In this document: positions 58,501 to 64,000 of the stretch, piece by piece
Numbering within the stretch: position 1 is the first letter of the stretch
How the letters are laid out: every line of letters starts with the position of its first letter
From: Lingula anatina
Lineage: Eukaryota; Animalia; Brachiopoda
DNA: 64,000 nucleotides
Direction: 5' to 3'
Assembly (NCBI GenBank): GCA_051362555.1
Contig: CM120642.1
Location: 6,200,001-6,264,000 of the forward strand
Program-made: the position numbers and the translations under genes
Notes under the pieces: model-generated
Database searches by the model: none
Told to the model about the DNA's origin: nothing
What the model saw: only the letters and a program-made list of their open reading frames with translations

Positions 58501-60464
58501 CAGTTATAACCTGTGCTGACCGAATTTATTGTCACCAGGGGCAAAAAATAACTTAAGAGTCTGACTGAATGAAACATTTCACCTGTTAGAAAAATAATAA
58601 AAAAAAGTTGATACTGTTTTAGACCAATTATTTCTCTATTTCAATGGAAAACTACACAAAAAAAATCCTAAATTCAAGTTGACCAGATTTTTTTTTTTTG
58701 TATAAAGTTAAACCATGTAGTCTCAGTTTGGACCTACCCACAGATCAGAGCAAAATGAAATGCCTTGGTCTGAGGTTACCATATATCTAAAAGACATCTC
58801 CATCTTCCAAAATGACAGGTATTCAGACATTTAGTCAATGATATTTATGTGACAGTTAGCCATTTGTCATTCCTGTCAATTTTCTGATATTGCATTTCAT
58901 ATATAACGCAGACAGACTGTACTTAAGGAACGTCACTAAGGTTTTGATAATAAAGTTAAAGTAGAATGAGATTCTTTGGAGTAATCCTAACTGACATTTG
59001 AACCAGAAGCCACTGTTGGGCATCACTGAAATTCACCTGTACTTCAATCTTTTGATTCATATTGTGGTGGACTTACTGTCATAAATTATATATTATAGTA
59101 TATTTTAGTGCATTTGCTTTGAGTAGTACCCTGGAGTATAGTTCAATATACTTATAAACCTTCATATCCGTACAGTATTCCCTGCAGAGAAAGACTTACC
59201 ACTCAAGAAGCATTGGCTCCTTCAAGCTGCCAACTCCTTTGAATAGCTCTCAATTTAAAACTACATGTAGGTGAATAAATGAAGGAAACTTAATCAGAAC
59301 TCATTTTTATAACGGTCCAATCCTTACTGCTCACAATCTTTGATCAGGCTTTTCATCCCTGTTGCCTTCCTGTATTGATTCTTAATTATACACAATAGAC
59401 TATAGGAACTGAGATTGGATTTTCTTGTTGGATGAAGAGTGAACTGCTGATCTGTTAATTTTCACACATTATTTATACATATCGAAGGCTGTGTTCTTCA
59501 ACACAGGGGCCACACCTTGAATATAATGACAGGCAGATTCAAAAATTCATGTTTGGGGCCTGTGGGTTCAGCAATGGGGCCAATGTAGAGTTATAAAGGT
59601 CTAAAAGTGAGAATGGAGAAGTTGTGATGATAAAGTTCTTTGCACTTGAGTCTCTTTATCTGTGTTGCCTTGATATCCTGAAGTATAGGTTGCAGTATCT
59701 TTTTACAGCCGTTTTGTTTGGTATTCATTCTGTTCAAGAGGCAGACATTGGAATGTGTGAATTAATTCATAATTTAGGATTTTTCTATTTATTTATGGTG
59801 GTTCAAATCCCGACATTTTCCTTTTCACTGAAAATAGGCAAGGTTTTTCCCCACATACCAGAAAAATGGAAATGTCTTTGAAATTGGATTCGTGAAATAA
59901 AAATAGACATGGTGATGCAACATGGGGCAAACTTTTCTGATAGCAGAAGTATTTTGTTCTCTTAGTACGTTTTTTTAGCCTCAACAATCTGCTATCTATA
60001 GAAATTTGAGATATGAATAGTAGCATACACAGTTTGAAAGGATTTTGTTGTACTTTCCCCGCATTTAACACTTTCCGTTATATGTGCAAGCTTGTCCATG
60101 GATAGTATAAAATTTAGCTTTTCTGTGGAGAAACTAGGCTAAAATTGTGCTTAAAGTTGTAGTGGTATAGCATCCCATATTACAGAAACATTTTGCTAAA
60201 AATATTTCCATTAATATTATTTATTACTAAGACTTGAGTACTTATTACAACTAAACAAAGAGGATGTAATATATGTCTTTAACTTTTGGACGCCATGGTA
60301 GGATGAACTGGGGGTCTTTATCATTTGATCTAATAATGATATCTTCATACTTACTATCAAATTTGGACAATTCTGAGAAGTGGTGACTCATATGGTGATT
60401 AAATCTTGTCCTGATTCAGTTTTTACATACGTATGATAGAGACACATCAAACATTCGAACTTAC

Positions 60465-60507
60465 CGTTAAGTTTTCGCCAGTTCCTATAACTAAATGGTA
60501 CGGCCAT
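60465..60507 (-). CDS. Probable first coding exon of the uncharacterised gene (MAVPFSYRNWRKLN)
   Basis: ATGG start at 60507 and a consensus G|gtaagt donor. Phase 1 fits exon 55553-55439, giving a 1061-aa product. Locally CpG-richer. Confidence 0.45.
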
Positions 60508-61424
60508 CGAAAAACAACACGTGTACCATAATGGCACTACCAAACACATCTCCCTGGTTCAACATGCTAATCAAATTTAGATGGCCACAACTTCAAACAC
60601 TCCACCTTTCTTGTTGCAGCAGTGAAGGTAAATCTCAAACTGTTTATATAAAATGGCCCAATAGAAAGAGACCACAAGTCTAATCCCATAATATTTGTTC
60701 GTTCAGTGTTAATCCAGAATAATGCCGGGTCTTTTCTGAGGGTGGCCCCTACATGAAGGGTCCTGTTTAGATACACCGCTTGCTTTACAGCTTGCCTTAT
60801 TACAAGAACAATAGCTGGAGAGAAATCACACAGTGGAAGTGCTTTGAAGAAACCAGGTATTGCAACTGTAGGGAAAGCCATTGAATGAAACCGTGCCCTA
60901 CTGTCGCCTGTTTAGAGAGAAAATACGCTGAACCAAAGAGGTTAAACTTTTAATTATGCATGAGTTAAATCTCAAGCAGTCCGTCTGTTGAATTTAGTGG
61001 GTCTGATGGAAGGGATGAAACTGAACCCCAGTGGAGTGTGTTATTGAATTTTTCTGCGTGTGCGTGATTGACTATAGTTGTGTATAATTATATCATTTGT
61101 TGTAAGTTTGGGTCCTGAGTCAATCCAAACATGGTTTACGTGCTGCTGAATGTGAGAATTGTTTGTGGCAGTTTTTCCAAAATAAAAACAAGCTTTCTTT
61201 AGAATTGGAGCAGTTAGCAGCATGGTGGTCTGATTTCATGAGGTTCATATTCAGTTGTTCTTTTAAATTAACTTACTACTGTCCCAAGTTAAATTTTTCT
61301 TTAAATATTTTGAATTTTTAATGCATTTTATATATTAGGATGAAAAATTGTATTGATTTATAGTCATAAAACTGTTTTTGCATGCATGTATGCACAAACA
61401 TAAACTGACCCACTCTGCATCCCC

Positions 61425-61429
<5 letters not shown>

Positions 61430-61463
<34 letters not shown>
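61430..61463. repeat. (CT)n microsatellite (further CT/CA runs at 61620-61678)
   Basis: Direct reading. Confidence 0.92.
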
Positions 61464-61466
<3 letters not shown>

Positions 61467-64000
61467 TGTAAGTTAGAGTATAGGTACTTTTAGACAAACC
61501 TTTAGAGGAAAGGATCCTTGCCTCACAAACACATGCATGCATGTCGATGCATGCACATATAGCCATCATGCATACACAAACTCCCCATCCCGCTGTCCCT
61601 TCTCCCCCTCCCCCCTCCCCTCTCTCTCTCTCTCTCATACACACACACCCACACACACGCACACACACACACACACACTAATAAATAAGGCCAGGCATTG
61701 TTTGAACTGTTATTGTGTTTCAAGCTTTCTCTGCAGACCCATTGTTTCCTGAGATTGACAGGAAAAGGACCATAATTCCAGATAACTTTGTGCAATGTAA
61801 CTTGTTAACCACACTAATTAGGATGCAGACTATGGTGATTATTCAATGAATCTGAACAAATGAATCAATAATTTACCAGTGCACATTGTTTTAGTGAAAC
61901 TTATTAGTTCAAAAGTTCAAATATAAGTTTTATGTCAGAAATCTATTGTTGTGAGTGACAACTTGAAAACTTGACAATGGTAAATCTTGAAACTGTTAGA
62001 TATCAAAATAAGTAAGGTATTTTGGAATTCAGAGTAATCGCCATAACCCAGTGTCCTTGATGAAGTGCACCAGTGATTATAGCATGCAAAGCTATTATAG
62101 CTCTGCTACTAGTAAAGTAATTCTACAGATAAATCAATAGACTTTGTGAGGACATACATGTCCTTTTTTGTAAGCAAAATTGCTAACATAATTTGTAATT
62201 TATGATTAATTGTCAGTAACAATCTTTTTAAATTTTTATTTACAAAGGTACTATATAATGGAATGATCATAGATTTTTGACAGGTATTACTTTTTCAAAG
62301 CTTAAACGCAAGTAAAATATATGTCTGATTTTTTTCACAAGATCAACAAGTGATCAGGAATTTCTTATTGTCAAACATCTATTTTAGTCCACTTACAAAA
62401 GAAAACAACAATTGATTCATCACTATAAGGCCAGTGGGCTCAGAACTCTGTCAAACTCAAAATGAAAATGTAATAATGAAGATTGACACCAAAATTGATT
62501 CAAAAGACCCCACCAGCAATGAATTGTTACTATCAAAGCGTTTCACTTTTGAACCCATAGATTCCTATTCTTAAGCAGGTTCTTATTAAAGAAAAATGGA
62601 TCATACTTCAAAGGCGTTTTTTCTACTTTGTAACTGCTCCTTAAGTATTACCCTGTGACACCTTGGTGTGCATAGAGACACAGGAAAGACCAGGTGAGGC
62701 AAGATACGGGGACATTGAGAGAAAAATAATGGAAAAAGGTTCTGTAAAAAATTGAATCCAGGTGTGCTTTTTTTTTTTTTTTTTGGGGGGGGGGGGGTGC
62801 TGAATGCAAAAACGTGCATGGGCTTTAATGGTATTGAATACTGTTTTTAATATATTTTAAAAATTCTTTTTCTTGCTGTTATTATTATTATTATTGTTAT
62901 GGTTGCTGTGGTGGTGGTGTTGTGAGAATGAAAGCAATATATCTGGGCAGACTGTTCTTTTTTATGTGCCAACATGCATATATTCAGTAACAGAAAAAGT
63001 GCTCTTTGTGAATATATCATTTGATATGGAATTGGTATTTAAGAATAAGTTTTAAGTTCACCACAATGCTTATAATTTTGTTTGTGTATTTTGCAATAAA
63101 AGAGCAGTTTAGAGTCAATCAGCATTTTCGTAAAAGAAAGTGTGTCCTACTAAGTTTGGCTTGATCCTATGTAGAAGGATTATTATTGGATAACTCGACA
63201 GTTTTGGCATGATAATTGTGCATGTACTCTTCCAGTGAGGCTAATTTTCCTTAAGACCGAAAAGTAAAGTGACTTGCACTAGAAGACATCTTGACAGACC
63301 CGCATTTTTGACCATAAGGATTTGTTTACTTTGATTCCTTTGGATTAACAGAAAGTTTTAAGAAAACTTACTTGGGGTTAAATCCATGATCTTCATATTA
63401 ATATAAGTTTTATGTACTACTTAAAATTCTTCATTTAAACATGCAAGTTTCTCAGTCTTGACTTGACAATTTTTCATGTCCATGTCATATTCTACCAAAT
63501 ATAGCATCTTTTCTTAAAACTTGCCCCTCATTTGTGATTTATTTATATTGGTCACTGGCTGGTTGACAAGCCATCTGCTGGTTTGTGGACACATGGAACA
63601 TGTCCACCCATTCAAATCATGTGTCATCTTTAAGTGAAGGCGTGTTCAGACAAATCTGGACAAGGAACAATTTAGGTCCATATTAAGCCACCAGTTACAC
63701 AAATAACTTAACTGGTCAGTAAGTTCTCTTCAGCCCAACTGTGCTCCAACAATTTAAAAGAGAGTGTTCTCAACAGAGCTCAGGTTGTCCAGTTTTTTTT
63801 TTTTTTTTTTTTTTTTTCAGTTAATGACATGTTTTAGGCCAAAACCGATACAGGTGGGTATTTAGATGTGAGCACATGTATATTGGCAGGGGGAGATATG
63901 TACTAATACCTGTATGTCAAAACCACCTGTCACTGGGCCAGACTGGGCTCCTCTCAGACTGGTGACAAGGAGGAATGACAGCTGGCACTGAGAAATATGC

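Noticed and set aside
60567-60881. 104-aa - strand ORF upstream of the orphan gene's putative first exon
   Set aside because: No splice support, no recognisable motifs, and a length compatible with chance.

Overview
AT-rich, intron-rich metazoan (invertebrate-like, possibly lophotrochozoan; species not determinable) nuclear DNA. The prokaryote-style ORF track is largely misleading. Manual splice and phase reconstruction supports four protein-coding genes. (1) The last exon and ~2.6-kb 3'UTR of a KLHL1/4/5-type kelch gene (+, 188-~2900). (2) A complete TTC6 gene (-, 52 phase-consistent coding exons, 41702->3958, 2299 aa) with a 12.6-kb intron carrying CpG-retaining, motif-rich patches. (3) MRPL28 (+, head-to-head with TTC6), whose last exon is not in the window. 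(4) An uncharacterised ~1060-aa, mostly disordered, motif-rich protein (-), apparently nested in that MRPL28 intron. Several MITE families, splice-site-derived minisatellites and microsatellites are also present. The main finding is a probable programmed stop-codon readthrough cassette in the KLHL5-like gene. A leaky UGA-C stop is followed by an 8-nt spacer, a 14-bp stem-loop (possible pseudoknot) and a 75-codon in-frame extension ending in a PP2A-B56 LxxIxE motif and a class I PDZ ligand (ETAL*). All homology calls are from recall of family sequences, not database searches.
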